The notes beneath the pieces were generated by a model that was given only the letters and a program-made list of their open reading frames with translations, made no database searches and was not told the DNA's origin. Shown piece by piece: positions 24,333-37,969 of a DNA stretch of 40,740 nucleotides (its first letter is position 1; the number at the start of each line of letters is the position of its first letter). The stretch covers positions 425,115-465,854 of the forward strand of contig MU619241.1 of assembly GCA_025201805.1 (NCBI GenBank), given 5' to 3'. The DNA is from Parasitella parasitica NRRL 2501 (lineage: Eukaryota; Fungi; Mucoromycota). The position numbers were made by a program, and so were the translations under genes.

Positions 24333-27300
24333 TTAAGAAATGATGCGTTCCATTAGCTCGCTAGCTAGCTTTGCATTCTGAAAGACATTTGTAGAAGAAG
24401 CGCCAAATGTAGGATCATCCAAAGCAGAAAAGCCAAGCTGTTCCAATAACGCCCTTTGAGTAGGCTTGTTCTTTGATTCGGTAAATACAGGATCAGAGCA
24501 TGCCGTCAGCAGGATTGACTTTACCGATTCGATGATAGCTTGAGTTTGGCTGCTTATCATAATTTGATTCATTTTCGGCAAAAGCGAATCGTATCTGACA
24601 AAATTACAAAAAAAAAAAGAAATGCGCGTCAATGAAACGTATGACGGTGTGATGGATTGTTCTACGTATACTCACATCAAGGAAAACACTTCTGGAATGG
24701 CATTGGCTGCTTCTGATAAAAGCCCATAGATAAACAGCCTTTCTGATTCATTATCAGCCGTATTCAACATGTTGGCAAGTAATGAGATCAACAGAAGGGC
24801 TGTAGTGTTGTCAGGAATGTCAAATTTATCGAATATTCCGGCATAAGTTTTGCCGTTGATAATGTGGCTATCAATATCTGTTTCTGTTAGGCCGGCAATC
24901 TTTAACAGATCCTTGACAGCTTCGTTTTTGGCAGCAAGGGGTAGCAAGCCAGCAACATAACCAAGGGTTGATGTCTCGATGATGCTGCTTTCCTCTGATA
25001 ATCCATCGCTGGGGAATTGCTTACGTTCAATGTCCAGAAACGTGTGTAGTCCGTGATAAATCGCGTCCTTGACATCGTTGTACCGTAATCCTTTCATGAA
25101 TATGCCAGCAATTGCAAAGGAAAAATGAGACTCAAAGTTGACACCACACAGATTGTCCAGCTGACGAGCTACATCAGCAACAGGCCCACGAGCAGCTAGT
25201 AATACATCAATCATAGTGTCCCCAGCAAAGATTCCATTCGAGTCTAACGCACGGACAACAGCTTGCAAGAGCTCTACTGCCATGGCAAATGTAGGGCCGG
25301 TATTGATCTCAACTAGTGCAACTGCCACCCAAAACAATTGCAGCAGGTATCTTGAGTCGCCAGGGAGGCTTTCAACAACATTTTTTAGACACATCATGAT
25401 GCTGGTGACCAAGTTTGGATCGGAATCGCTAAAAATTGCAAGTGCCCCTCTCAAAGCAACCAAGATTTGGTAGAGTAAATCGTCGTCGATTTCTTCGCGG
25501 CCCAAATAGCCCAGAACGATAAACGCTCTTGGTTGAACGGCAGGGTTGAATTGAAAAGCTGTGCTTGCCACCAGACTCATCCAACGTGCTCTCCAGAAAT
25601 TAGCGATATCTAAATAATGGTTTTTAGTTGACAAAGGACATGTCACTATTGCTTCAATTACATACCAGCAGTTGGGGCAGCATAGTTGATAACCTCTGAT
25701 AATTTACTGACAATGCTTTCCAAAGAGAGAAGCGAAATGGGTTCCACCGTATCGTTTAGGGTTTCTGGGGTAATGGTAAAAGCATTCGCATTTGACCTAT
25801 TGAGACCAAACAAGAGGCGAGATTTGGATTCTGATAATTCAATCAAAAGTAGCTGGAGCTTTTTCACATTGGCGGCTGACAAGGGCATTGACGTGCATAA
25901 AGACTGGATCATATTGACAACGATGCCGTGAACTGAAGCGCGCATAACTGTACTTCCTACGCCTGCAATCAAAGAAACAATGTGAAAAAGCTCGGGAACC
26001 ACGCGCTTAACAGGGCCTCTGTTGTTGAAAGAGAGCATCAGGACGAACCGCACGAGGATTGCGATTTCCGGCCAAGATGGATGATCTGTGAGCGATCTTG
26101 TAGGTTTGAACGATGTGCGATGGATGATCTTACGCAGATACGAGGTTAATTTGGATCGCACTGTAACATTGGATAGAGTAACCAATGTATCAGCTAGAGC
26201 TTCAGCTTGCATCGATCCTACGCCATGCTCATTTGAAACTAGAATAAATGTATCAATGACGAGGTTCAGGATATCGTCTACTTTGGCGATTGTTTTCCAT
26301 ATCTTGGCTTGAATCAGCTTGGACATCTCCCCTGTCAACGTCAGATCAATGAGCAGTCGCAGCAGCTCCTTGGTTTTTACTGTATCTTGAGTTGATCTTC
26401 CACAGTAAAGAGATAAATTAGGGAGCCAAGGAATCATGTAAAGCAGGCAAAGATACCGCAGCCCTTGCTCTGATTTCCCGTAGCCTAGCACGCACTCGTT
26501 TAGAAATTCCAAGGTAAGAGATGGCTCAGTAGCTGCAATTTTTTCACTGATATTAACAATAAATTCGGTGCTGTTGGCGGGTAAGCATAAATCTAAATAA
26601 AAAACCAGTCGTCAGCTATCCACTCAACAGCAAAAAAAGAAAAGTAAAGTATCAGCTACCTTTAGCATCCAGCAATTGCTTTCCAACATCGAAATTGAAT
26701 ACTATGCTTAGGGCATAAAGCAAATTGTATGATGATAATCGCAAGTTAGGATCGTCGCTTCCTAGATTTAGCAGTGCCATATTCAAAAGTCTTCCGGGAA
26801 CATCGCTTGGCTGAATCGTACGTTCAGATATGCTTGCAGGCCTAGACATGTCATAACGACGTTTGCTGTGTCGAATTGTCTAGGCGACGCAAAAGAAAGG
26901 TTAGTCAGGTCCATCATAACACATGTCTTACGTACGTTGATGATGGCTTCTTTCTTGGGTGAAGTAAAAGTCAGTACAATGTTTTCTCGGGTGCATCTGT
27001 AGCTGAACTCCTGCGATGTGTCTGATGATGAACGTTCATGATGCACTGCTCCGATGTCCTCGATTTCAGATATGTGGCAGATGTCATTTGTCACTGCGTT
27101 AAGGCCGTAAAAGATTTCTTGCTTTCGCACCGCCATAATTTGCACATACTCAGCACTCACTTTGAATGTAACTGCAAGATGTGCTGTGTATTTAAGGATT
27201 TTGTTTACCGGGGAAAATACAGCACTGGGATCTGTCTCCAATCCAACTATGATGACAAATGATTAGTTATTGCTACATGGGAAAAAAAAAAACTCACTAG

Positions 27301-30300
27301 TAGACTGAGGCAAACGAATCTCTGCTGGAAATATATATTCATGCAACTCAGCAAGCGTAACAGCAAACACGATTCTTTTGGCGAATTTATGCAACAAAGG
27401 CCTTGCTAATTTCTGGATAAATGTCCTCAAGTAAGTGTTTGGGTTGAATATATGACAAACAGCAATGTTGTCAGACTTGTCTTCACTCAAAATCTGCACG
27501 AGCTGATGAACCCATTGCCCTGGGATTTCATTCAAGCGGCAAAATCGAGTAGAATCAATCACTAGTTCGTAATGACGGTTTGATGCACGCTCCAGTGTCT
27601 GGAGCACATGATATATCAATAGCTCAAAATCAATATTGTCAGCGTTGATATGCCGCGTAATAAGATAGAAGACAGGTCGGCCAGCTTTAGATACCCCACC
27701 TTCGTAGAAAATATTCTTTGATACAATCACTTCTACGCTACGATGGCTGTTTCGACGCACAAAGTCAGCATACAGTTGATTTGATGCAGCGTACACGTAG
27801 CTTCGGGGCCCCATTGATTCCTTATGGGGGATTTCAGGTGGGCGCCCCAATTGAGCCAACAAATTAGCAAATTTATCGAAATCTCGTTTCCAAACATTGA
27901 CCGAGTCTTGATCTTGATCGCTTGCGGAATGCCTCGAAGCCATGTCGCGAGAGATACGTTCGATATTGTCAGCAAGGACGCGGTGTATCATGGCATACGA
28001 CTTTTCATTCATCTGAGGTAGCTCCACCACCTCTTCCGTGCTAGTTTCAGCAGGGACCTTTGCAATTTCTCTCAGAAAACTGGCTACCCTGTAGATGTTG
28101 CTGGTTAAAAAGTCGTTCAGCACAATCATGTATGTTTCTTTTGCACCAAACAAGACATTATTCGCAAGGTTCTGGATGACCTTTGTGGCTATGAGGAACC
28201 CCCTTCGCATTTCTCGGGAAATTGAGACAGTATTCTTTATCAAGCCTTCAGTCTCAGGAGATACAATAGCTGGACAAAAGAACCGCAAAAAGATAAAGGA
28301 GCCCACGGCAGTGTATTTGGCCTCTGGAAACTGTTCTCGCACAGACGTCAGTATGCAATGACAAATCTCCCGGAAGGATTGTGGAGAATCGTTGACAGAA
28401 TCACAAATAGCATTCAGGAACAACTCGGTTGCTTCCACTACGTTGTTTCGGTTCTTGTTTACGTCTTCATCGGGCCCAATTTTGGTTGGATCAAGCTCAA
28501 AGCATCTATCTTCTCGAGGACGTTCAGAGAGCTTTTGAAAGACTGGTAGCAGGACAGATCGGACATAGTCAGCTCCATTATTCTTCGCATAAACTGAAAG
28601 CAAACGAGTTGCAATGCTAGTTTTTCGAAAAAGATCAGCTTCGTTTTCTTTTTTTTTTTTTTTTTTTTTNNNNNNNNNNAAACTGTTAGCAGTAGCGACA
28701 AAATAGAACAATCTCTGGTTTTTTTTTTACCTGTTGTTTCGACTTCTCTTTCAATGACAGCTTTCAAAAGACTCATGGTCTTGTTCCGAGACGCAAAGCA
28801 TGCCAATAAAGCATTCGCAACATCATCGATATCGGACGAAGGGCAGACTTCACACAGCGACAGCACAATCCTCAAGTCACTTTGAACAAGCATCTGTTGC
28901 GAGGTTACAAAAACTTGAGCAAAACAATACCTACTGGAGCCTTGCAACACTTACGTCAATCAGTTTTTCATATCTATCCGTCATTACTGTTTCAGCCAAC
29001 GTCTCGAATTCTGTTCCTTGGTTTAAAATGTTTGTCAAAACTTCCATAAATGCCGATCTAGTGCGAGTGTCTTCATGGTAACCCATCGAGAATGAGTATT
29101 TCAACCCTGCATCCACATTAGCACTGAGTAAGTTTGATAACGCCAGGATAGTGTAGTTCTTCAATGGCGCTAATTCAGAGCCCTACCGTACCAAAAAAAA
29201 AAAAAAAGTATCAGTATACCTAACCCCCTACCGCTGATGAACAAACACTTACAGTTCGGAATTGTGAATCGTAGCTGCGAGTTTGCAAGTGTTCAATCTG
29301 GAATTCTGTTATTTAGTACACGACCATGTTGCTGTACGGTGTAACATCTACCTCAGATACACGGCATCTATTCAGCAACTTGAAAAAATAAGTGAAATAC
29401 TTGTAAAAGATCCTGCTCTTGATGGCGAGAGCATCCGATTCTACGACTGGTTCAGAAGGTTGCAGTGGCAAATGATGAAGTAAGGCGACAATTGTCCTTA
29501 AGCATGCAATATCCAGGTCGTTCTGTAGCTTATCAACTTGAGACGCTTCGTAGTTTGAAGATTGAGAAATGCTGTCGGGTTTCTACAGTACAAGCCAAAT
29601 TCAGTACGTTGCTACCCTGTCAATTATTAACCAAGCAGTTTTTTTTTTTACCAACGAGAAATCGCTAGTCCACTCTACAATGATCTCAAGCAGCTTGTTT
29701 TTCAATTTAAACTCTTGTCTTAATGTTACGCTGTCCTTTTTGCTCATTAGCACCTCTACTAGTTGACACATTTTGATCTTGATCTTGATGGAGAGCTGGT
29801 TGGTGCCGAGTTTGTTGAGATATAACGCATACTGGTTGATAAGTGTGCTGAAATCTACAGTGAATAAGTTGTCTGTTTTTTCGCTGAGACGATCAAGAAC
29901 CTGTTTGAGCACCGAAATAGCCTGTTCCACAAAGAGAGTATAGCGAGGGTTGCAGATGGGGTCGCTATTATCTGGTCCAAAGCACTTTGTGAGCGTATTT
30001 TCCAGATGTCGAAACATGATGTGGTACAGCGCTGGAGAGAGATCGTTACCCAGGATCTCACGCACCCACTCACGTACTATTAGATTGTCACAGGCAAGCA
30101 GATCTACCATGTCCATCACAAACTTGTCTACCATGGTCACTGACTCTACCGGCGCCAAGATATGCTTGCTGTAGCTGGGCGAATCATTTGGTCGTAGGCG
30201 GGTTGAGGGTGATACTGATGATTCAGTCATTAGACATACACCGCCCAATGCAGCTAGAAAACCAGCATAGTTTTGCCATTCTGAGGATCTATCGTCGTCG

Positions 30301-33300
30301 ATCATGTCCAAACGTGTTGAGGAAGAGGTCGGTGCCATCAGCTGGCGTGACGATGTGTTTCGTAGTTTGTCATGCCATGTTGATCCTCCATGCTTCTTGT
30401 TATTGGATTCAAAAAAGGAGCCATCGTCTTTGCTATCGTCGGGCGTACGTACGACAAGTGGAGTCATTAATTTCCATCGTTTCCAAGCTTCCTCCCAAGC
30501 TGCCAGCATGCCGGGTGAGCTATGGTTGATCATCCTCAAAAGACGTCGAATACGACGTTGTTGTGATTTTCTGCCTGTAACTACACCCGAATGGCTTGTT
30601 AATTCTGTGTAGCAAGAGATGTTTTCGACAATGGTTATTGAGGATGGCTGAAGATCATCCAGCCTTTCTGTCAAATGCACTTCAGTGCAAAGGAGACTAA
30701 AGCAGTCTATGGAGAGAGTACATATGTCTGTATCATAGGAGCATAGTAACACTAGCAAAGCAACTTCCAGTCCAATTGATGCTTGCAATCTCTCTCTCGT
30801 GTCGATGCCAAACGTTGCAGTGTCTCGATGCTTTTCCAAGAATTTGTTCCGCGACGTCAACAGTCGTTTCAAAAGATCCAGCAGCTTGCGAAGCCCACTT
30901 TCTCGTTCTCGGTTGTCGAGTAGTTGTTTTGCCAATGTAAAGAGTACTTGCGAGGAAATCTTCCAAAATGACTCCATAAACTTATCAGGGGGTCCCCATA
31001 AAATAATATTATCAGGCGCATGCAGTTTATATAAGCATTCTGCAGCTGCATCCCTTACACAAGCGCTTTGATCTCGAAGGCAATTTGTAATAGCTAGCAT
31101 CAATGCAGCATTCTGGTCAAATCCGTCTTCAGCTTCACCCTTTGTTCTATTGTTAGAAGTCGGACAATTTTGCTGTTAAACTAGCAATAGTTACCTGAAT
31201 AGCAAGCTTTGGGTCCGTTTGGTACAGCCTCAGCACATCTAGAATCAATTCGAATCGTTCTTGAGCAGCCGTTCTTGCGTCTTTTCTGTTACTGCGCTTG
31301 TCCACGAGATTGGTTGCTAATGTCTTGCGTGAAGACACTGATAAATGCTGGCTATTTGAGTCTGCTTTAAGATCTCGCGTATAGAATTCCAAAAAGAGTT
31401 TTCTGATTCGGGTACAAAGCGGTATATAGAGTTCAGAGATCGAAGGTATCCATGGTAAGCTATCCACCTCTGAAGCAATAGCAACCGCTGCTTTTACCAC
31501 ACTCAATTTAAATATCGTAGGAGCACCGTGATCGAAGCAAGTTGGAATCAATGAGCTGATAGTCTTCTGAGTGTCCAACCGAAACATGGCCACAATGCAA
31601 TCAGCCATCAAGCTGCGGTGATCAATATACACACCAAGACTAGTTGATAAGGAGTCAACATCTGCAGGGCGGTGGATATCAAACAATTTCTCTATCAGCT
31701 CGTTTTCTACATCAGGCACCACTTGTCGGATGGCTGTCATGTCGTCTTTGGATACATAGGTTGCGGCTCTGCAAAGATCTACATAGCATATTGCAGCTAA
31801 TTCTCCCATCCGGTCGCCTTTCATTGCCTTCCTAAGTGAACCAAAAAATGCAGACTAATTGGACATATTAGTGCGTGTATAAAAAAAAAATGCCTCGCAC
31901 ATTTGACTTGAGCTTGCCTTTTTGTTTTGCACTCGGCCGCCACTCAGGGACTGAGAGATCATGATGTCAGGACACAATACTAGCAACATGGTTTGAACAG
32001 GCCAGAAAATAGCTTTCCTCTTGGTTGTATCCGCTAATGAATTGAATATATCAAACAAAATTTCAGGAGATCCGTCAATTCGAGTTTGATTGTGGCATAA
32101 TAAAGTAAACTCAGCAGTGTAATTTTCAATCCAGTTCCAAATAGCTCTTCTTAGCATAACTGCAATAAATAATTGTGCTGCTTTTCTCAAATGCAAGGCT
32201 GAACTGCATAATTCTAAATTTGACTAATGAGTCCAGGTGAATAGAAACTATAGAACACAATATGCCGTACCTGTGAGCACCATGCTTAATCTTTTACAGT
32301 TGAGCGACGCGCATTCCAAGAGCATGACATCTGTCACTTCTGGGTTCTCCTCTTGTGTTGTTGTCAGGTACGAAATTCGATTTTTGATTTTAGCAAATGT
32401 ACTTGACCAATTACTGGAACTCACGTAGGCAACCACACGACTAGCTGCTCTATATATATTGACCATTAAGCTAGTGGGCAATTGCTGTCCGTTGAAGCTT
32501 GTGTATGCCTCCGTAGAACAAGCACTTGCAGAGTGGTTGGCAACAATGCCGTACTCTTTTTCATCCAGAATTCCAATCTGATAGATGAATCTCGACATGA
32601 CATGGACAATATGCTTGGCGAGATTATCTTCGAGCGGCGGTGGATCGATGGGAACAGCAGGAATCCCTTCTGGCGGAGACCACGTACTGTTCTGAGGTGT
32701 TGTGCCGTCAACACGGTTCAAAGAAGGTCTGAGAGGTGATTCAGTTCCATTTTGGTGCTGTCTTTTGTGCGCTTTAACATCTAGATCCTGACAGTAATTC
32801 CAATGGTGTTGCATACAAGCTGATAACATTCTAAGTAGAAATAGCTGTGATTGTAATACATCTTTTGGGACAATATCATCATTTCTCGAAAGAGGAGACT
32901 GTGTAGAAATCAATGAGGCTCAAGTGTCATNNNNNNNNNNNNNNNNNNNNNNNNNNNNNNNNNNNNNNNNTTACCTTGGATACATTCTCAATGACGGTTA
33001 CTATAGTGGTTGCAATGGTAGGCAATCTATATTTCGACAGTTCTATGAGGGCTGCCACTGAAGACAAAAAAAAAGAGTGGACAATTAGTTGGTGCGACAT
33101 GAGAGCATCAACAGTTTCACTTACCACTGACGTTAAACAAAAATTCGGCAAAAGATATGTTAAAATCTGTGTATTTATCAATTCAATAAAGCAACAATAG
33201 TTTACGTTTGTTGGATAAGAGGGTCGCTTTCAAGGGTATCAAATTGAGTTCCATTATTACTCGGTAGCTACAAAAGGATACGTGAGACTATGTCAGATGC

Positions 33301-33370
33301 ATGAGCATTGGCTTACCCTAACAGCTATCCTGTTGACCAGACTAAGTATCAATTTTGTATCTGTACTCAT
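24333..33370 (-). CDS. NF1: Neurofibromin / Ira1-Ira2-type Ras GTPase-activating protein, many exons
   Basis: RasGAP arginine finger (LFR) and FLRFFCPAIVSP motif, followed by Sec14-like and PH-like regions. NF1-type motifs LSNLLSANVDAGL, DVPGRLLNMALLNLGS and FNPAVQPRAFIVLG. N-terminus MSTDTKLILSLVNRIAVR|LPSNNG. Two assembly gaps fall in introns. Confidence 0.94.
28670..28679. other. Assembly gap (N run) in an NF1 intron
   Basis: 10 Ns next to a homopolymer. Confidence 0.95.
32931..32970. other. Assembly gap (N run) in an NF1 intron
   Basis: 40 Ns. Confidence 0.95.
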
Positions 33371-33638
33371 AATGAATACATCAATAAAATTAGAGAACGG
33401 AAAGAAGAGGGAAAAGAAGAAAAGTAAATTCTTCAACAGGGAAAAGGCACATTTGCAAAGTGCATCATTTTAAATCCAACTGTCAAATTAGCATGGACTC
33501 ACAAGGGGTTATCTTTCAAGCTTATTTTCCATGTTTGCTTGCACTGCGAATATTACCCTCTCACAAGCATATAAAAAGTCTAATTTTTTTTGCGGTAACT
33601 ACTGTTTTTTGTAGCTCACTCTTCTATCAATTAACAGT

Positions 33639-36224
33639 ATGGCTGGTGGTATCTTACCCTATACACTTTCAACTGCCTCTGCTCATCTTTTGGCTGCAAG
33701 ATCTGGCGTTGGAATTTGCGAAACTCAAGCCTGCAAAGACACTGCATCTTCTATCCTTCATGATTTGGACCTCAATGTTGATCCATGCAGCGATTTCTAT
33801 CAATACACATGTAAGCCTAATTGGTGAATCCATCAAATTTTGCTAGTAATCTTATTTTACCTTACATTTACTGTTATAGGTGGGAATTGGGTCAAAGACC
33901 ACAAGATTCCTGACTCTGAATCCAGTAAGTTAATAAAGGGTTATATTGCGTAATAGTAGCTAACAGCTCGTCATATCTAGGTGTAGGAAGCTTCAACAAT
34001 TTGAAAAACGCAAATGTGGATAGCCTCACTGCCATCTTGGAAGGCTCTTATGAAGAGCTTCTTCAAGGCATTCCAAACAGGGAGAGCTCCTTCTTGGACA
34101 ACTCCCAAATTGACAAGGACCGAGACAACTTTAATAAGGTAAAGGCCTACTATAGATCTTGCATGGATGAAGATACTATCGATAGGATGGGTCCCACTCC
34201 TATTTATCCAGAAGTCTCTAGACTACTTGCCAAGCTTGGTTTCAATGAAGAATTTATTGATACTCGCTTTACATCTGACCACGTACGTCATTTCACTGAC
34301 ACACTGATTCATCTTGGTACCGAAGGCGTTGAAAACCTGTTTTCCTTTGGCGTTGGTGTTGATGATCAATTGCCCGATGAAAATGTCATTGTCATTGATC
34401 AGCCTTCTTTGGGCCTTCCCTCTCGTGAATACTATGACCAGCCTGAAGTTATTGCTGATTATCGAGTAGGTCTCATATCTCTTCTTACTGCTGTCTTGGG
34501 TGAGCCTAGAGGCGATACTACAATGGACAACCTGCGTCGTGACAAGATGAACGAAAACAATCTTCTAATGCTGGGCGAAATGGACATTGAATACATGGTT
34601 GATAGATTTATTGAGTTTGAGTCGCACCTTGCCAAGTTGACATTACCAAAGTAAGTATTTGCATTTGCTTATTATAGTGGTTTAAATTAATTCATTTAAT
34701 CACGTAGTGATCAACTGCAAAACCCAATCGACCTGTATAATCCAATGTCAATTGCTCAACTTCTGCAGAACTATCCTATTGCTGATTGGATTCAACTTTT
34801 TAGACACTTTACTCCCAATGAAGTTTCCTTGCCTGAGCGAGTCATCGTCACTGCTCCTCAATTTATGCAAGATTTGACCAATTGGTTAATCAACAGTGCT
34901 GCTCGCGATGATGGTGCTACCACTCAGTCCATAAGAGAATTCTTTATAATCAAGACCATTATCGCCAATGTCGGCAATGTTGACAAGGACACTCGTGAAA
35001 TCTACCGCAATATGAACAGCAAGATTTCGAGCGGAACTAATGCCCCTCCTAAACGTTCTCGAGTTTGTATGGGAGCTGCAAGCAATACATTTGGCCAGCT
35101 TTTAGGTCGTTTCTTTGTGTTGAAAAATTTTGGTGGTGAACCTCAACGCGAACAAGTTGCATCGTTCATCGAAATGATTCAATCTACTTGGTCTGAAAGA
35201 TTGGATCAGGTAGATTGGCTCGATGCTGAAACTCGTGCCAGAGCCATCGAAAAGGTGAAGAAAATCAAGCATAAAGAAGCATATAGCACCCTGACCCCTG
35301 ATGTTCGCTCTGCTGATTCGCTTGCAAATTACTATTCTGATATCAATATTGACGTACTCAACTTTTATGCAAATCAGAAGTCTGCCGTTTTATGGGGTAA
35401 CAAGAAGAGTTGGGATCAAATTGGGCAAAAAGTCGATAAGTCTGTTTGGCATATGGACCCTCATGAGGTTAATGCGTATTACTCTCCTGTATTCAACGAG
35501 GTCGTGATACCTGCTGGAATCTTGCAATCTCCTTTTTATCATTCTGAGCTACCTGACTACCTTAACTATGGTGGTATTGGCGTCGTAATCGGTCATGAAT
35601 TCACAGTATGCACTCGATTGGACTCTAGTTATTGATCTAACACGAATTTCATTTAATTTTTAGCATGCATTTGACAATTCTGGTCGTCTTTATGATGGTG
35701 ATGGTAAACTAAACACTTGGTGGTCAGACGCTACATCTGAAGCCTTTGTGGCTAGAAGCCAATGCTTCAACAATCAATACAGTTCATTTTCTATTGAAGG
35801 ACCAAACAAGACGCTCCATCATGTTAATGGAAAGGTATTTAGTTTAGATAGTTTCCTATAAAGTAAGTTTATTAAATTTCTTCTGCAGATGACCTTGGGT
35901 GAAAACTTGGCCGACAACGGTGGTGTTCATGTTGCTCTTACTGCAATGCGTAAATCACTTCAAGAAACCCCTGAGCAAAACAAAGCCCTTCCAAGACTTG
36001 ATACCTTATCTCCTGAACAGCTATTCTTTATCAATTTTGGTCGAGTATGGTGCTCTAACATGCGTCCTGAGATGGCTGTCCGAGCAGTACGCGGAGATGT
36101 TCATTCTCCTGCCAAGGTTAGAGTCAATGCTGCTGTTCAAAACAGTCCTGATTTTGCTGAAGCTTTCAAGTGTGGGAGAAAGGATCAAGAAATGAATCCT
36201 GCCAACAAATGTTCAATCTGGTAA
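33639..36224 (+). CDS. M13 family (neprilysin/endothelin-converting enzyme-like) zinc metallopeptidase, ~6 exons; 5' end uncertain
   Basis: Motifs DPCSDFYQYTC|GNW, VNAYYSP, PAGILQSPF, HExxH split by an intron (GHEFT|HAFD), TLGENLADNGG, HSP..RVN and C-terminal CSIW. Confidence 0.93.
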
Positions 36225-37477
36225 CTTGGTTACAAAACTATCTACAATAATGCTTTATTGAATCTTTATAAACACCAACATTTATACATCATTTATTAGC
36301 AACATAATAAAGTAAACCTGCTAATTAACAAGTAGAGATTAGGTCAGCCCAAATGAGCTGAGTCGGCCGGGCCGACTAAAGTAAAGATTTTTAAATGGAT
36401 GAGGGTTTGGCTGTCTAAAAACTCGTGCGTTACTGACGAGCTCAGAACCAACGCAAAGACTTGACCTAAATTATTTTCATTACTTTCATTGCCTTCAAAC
36501 TTACCTTCAAATTTTCCAACTTTTAACAAGAAAAACTGCAGGTCATGCCTCACGCAAGCACCCATCTACATAGAAACGCAGTTATGTCTTGAAGTAAGCG
36601 TTTTACAAAGAATGTAAATACAAAAACTATTCGCTGTGACAAATACAATTGGAGTACACCCGGTTTGTGCTCCAGGGATAGAGACATTACTCGCTCAACA
36701 GTCAATAACTTCATGATGCATGGTGGTACCTTGGATGAGGCACCAGTTATTTTATTATCATATAAAGCTGGTTGCTTAAAGTATGTTGGTCCTATGACTA
36801 ACAATACAAACCCCACTGAAGACATTTCCGCTAGAGAAACGAGAATAGTTTGATTACCAGCAAAGAATGGAGTAAAGGAGAGGTGTTCGTTGGAAGCCGA
36901 CTCTGTTATGATAGCTGATAAAAAATATAAGATCGAGGCTAGCCATGGGTGATTCAAGAAAAGCATCACGATTGGATTACTTATTTTTTTTCTGCTCTTC
37001 CAGCAGTTTCACCAAATCATCGCTAATATCAACGATGGCGTAAGAGATGTTAATAAATGTTAGATTGATACTTCTTTTAATAAGTATTTGATATGACTTG
37101 GACTCTTGACATTATAAAAATGACCATTCGGTCAGGCTAAAAGACAATCTGGAGATGAGTACCTAGTCATTTTATGGTGAGCATCAATTTCAGCGAGTAT
37201 TGTAATTCAAAAGGTTGTATTGATGTTACCAACAGCTTGTGAGACAATAAGGTCTCTTACTACTATTTCGTTTTCACTGAAAGATATGAAATACGCTTTT
37301 TTGGGGAAATAATAGAAATCACCAATATTTTTTGTTAATGAGCACCAATAACCATAAACACGTTAGATTAGTTTGATAGATATTATAATGATTTTGGTGT
37401 AAATGGTTCAAGAGTCAAAAAATCGTACAGCTGGAACCCAGGTACATCTATGTGTAAACCTTTTCATAGCTCACAAA

Positions 37478-37790
37478 TGTGTCAATTTCCCAACCGGAAG
37501 TCAAACTCAAGTAAACTCAATCCTGAATACAATTCAGGGACATATCCCAATGGATCATGTTCCTTATTTATAACTCAACATGATATGTTCATATGGACAA
37601 TAGATACGATCTATCGTTCCACTATCTAAATCACACCATGTCTCACACTTGTATCTTATCCTCCCATCAGTCCACTTAGATTCACTAGTATATAAACCAT
37701 CATTTTTTCCATGTAGTAAACGAGATCTTTACCTGATTAATTCACAACCGTTTTATTTGAATAATTTCTTATTCTGATAAATCACTCACA
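37478..37790 (+). mobile_element. Solo-LTR-like repeat, copy A (~313 bp, TG...CA)
   Basis: Starts TGTGTCAATT and ends CACTCACA, with an internal TATATAAA. Near-identical (~95% by eye) to the reverse complement of 38865-39175. Confidence 0.7.
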
Positions 37791-37969
37791 TTTTTAAGAA
37801 CTTTGTTTTCGCCAGCACTTCTTTGATATTTTTGATCTGCCATAATTATAGACAGGAGATCATGGCAAAGTACTTCAGTTGAAGATTGAAGATTGTCCAA
37901 TGATGTGATGTGATACGCTTGTGTAAATTGGAGAATAAAGTCTCTGTTTCAAATCAAGAAGGTTATTCC

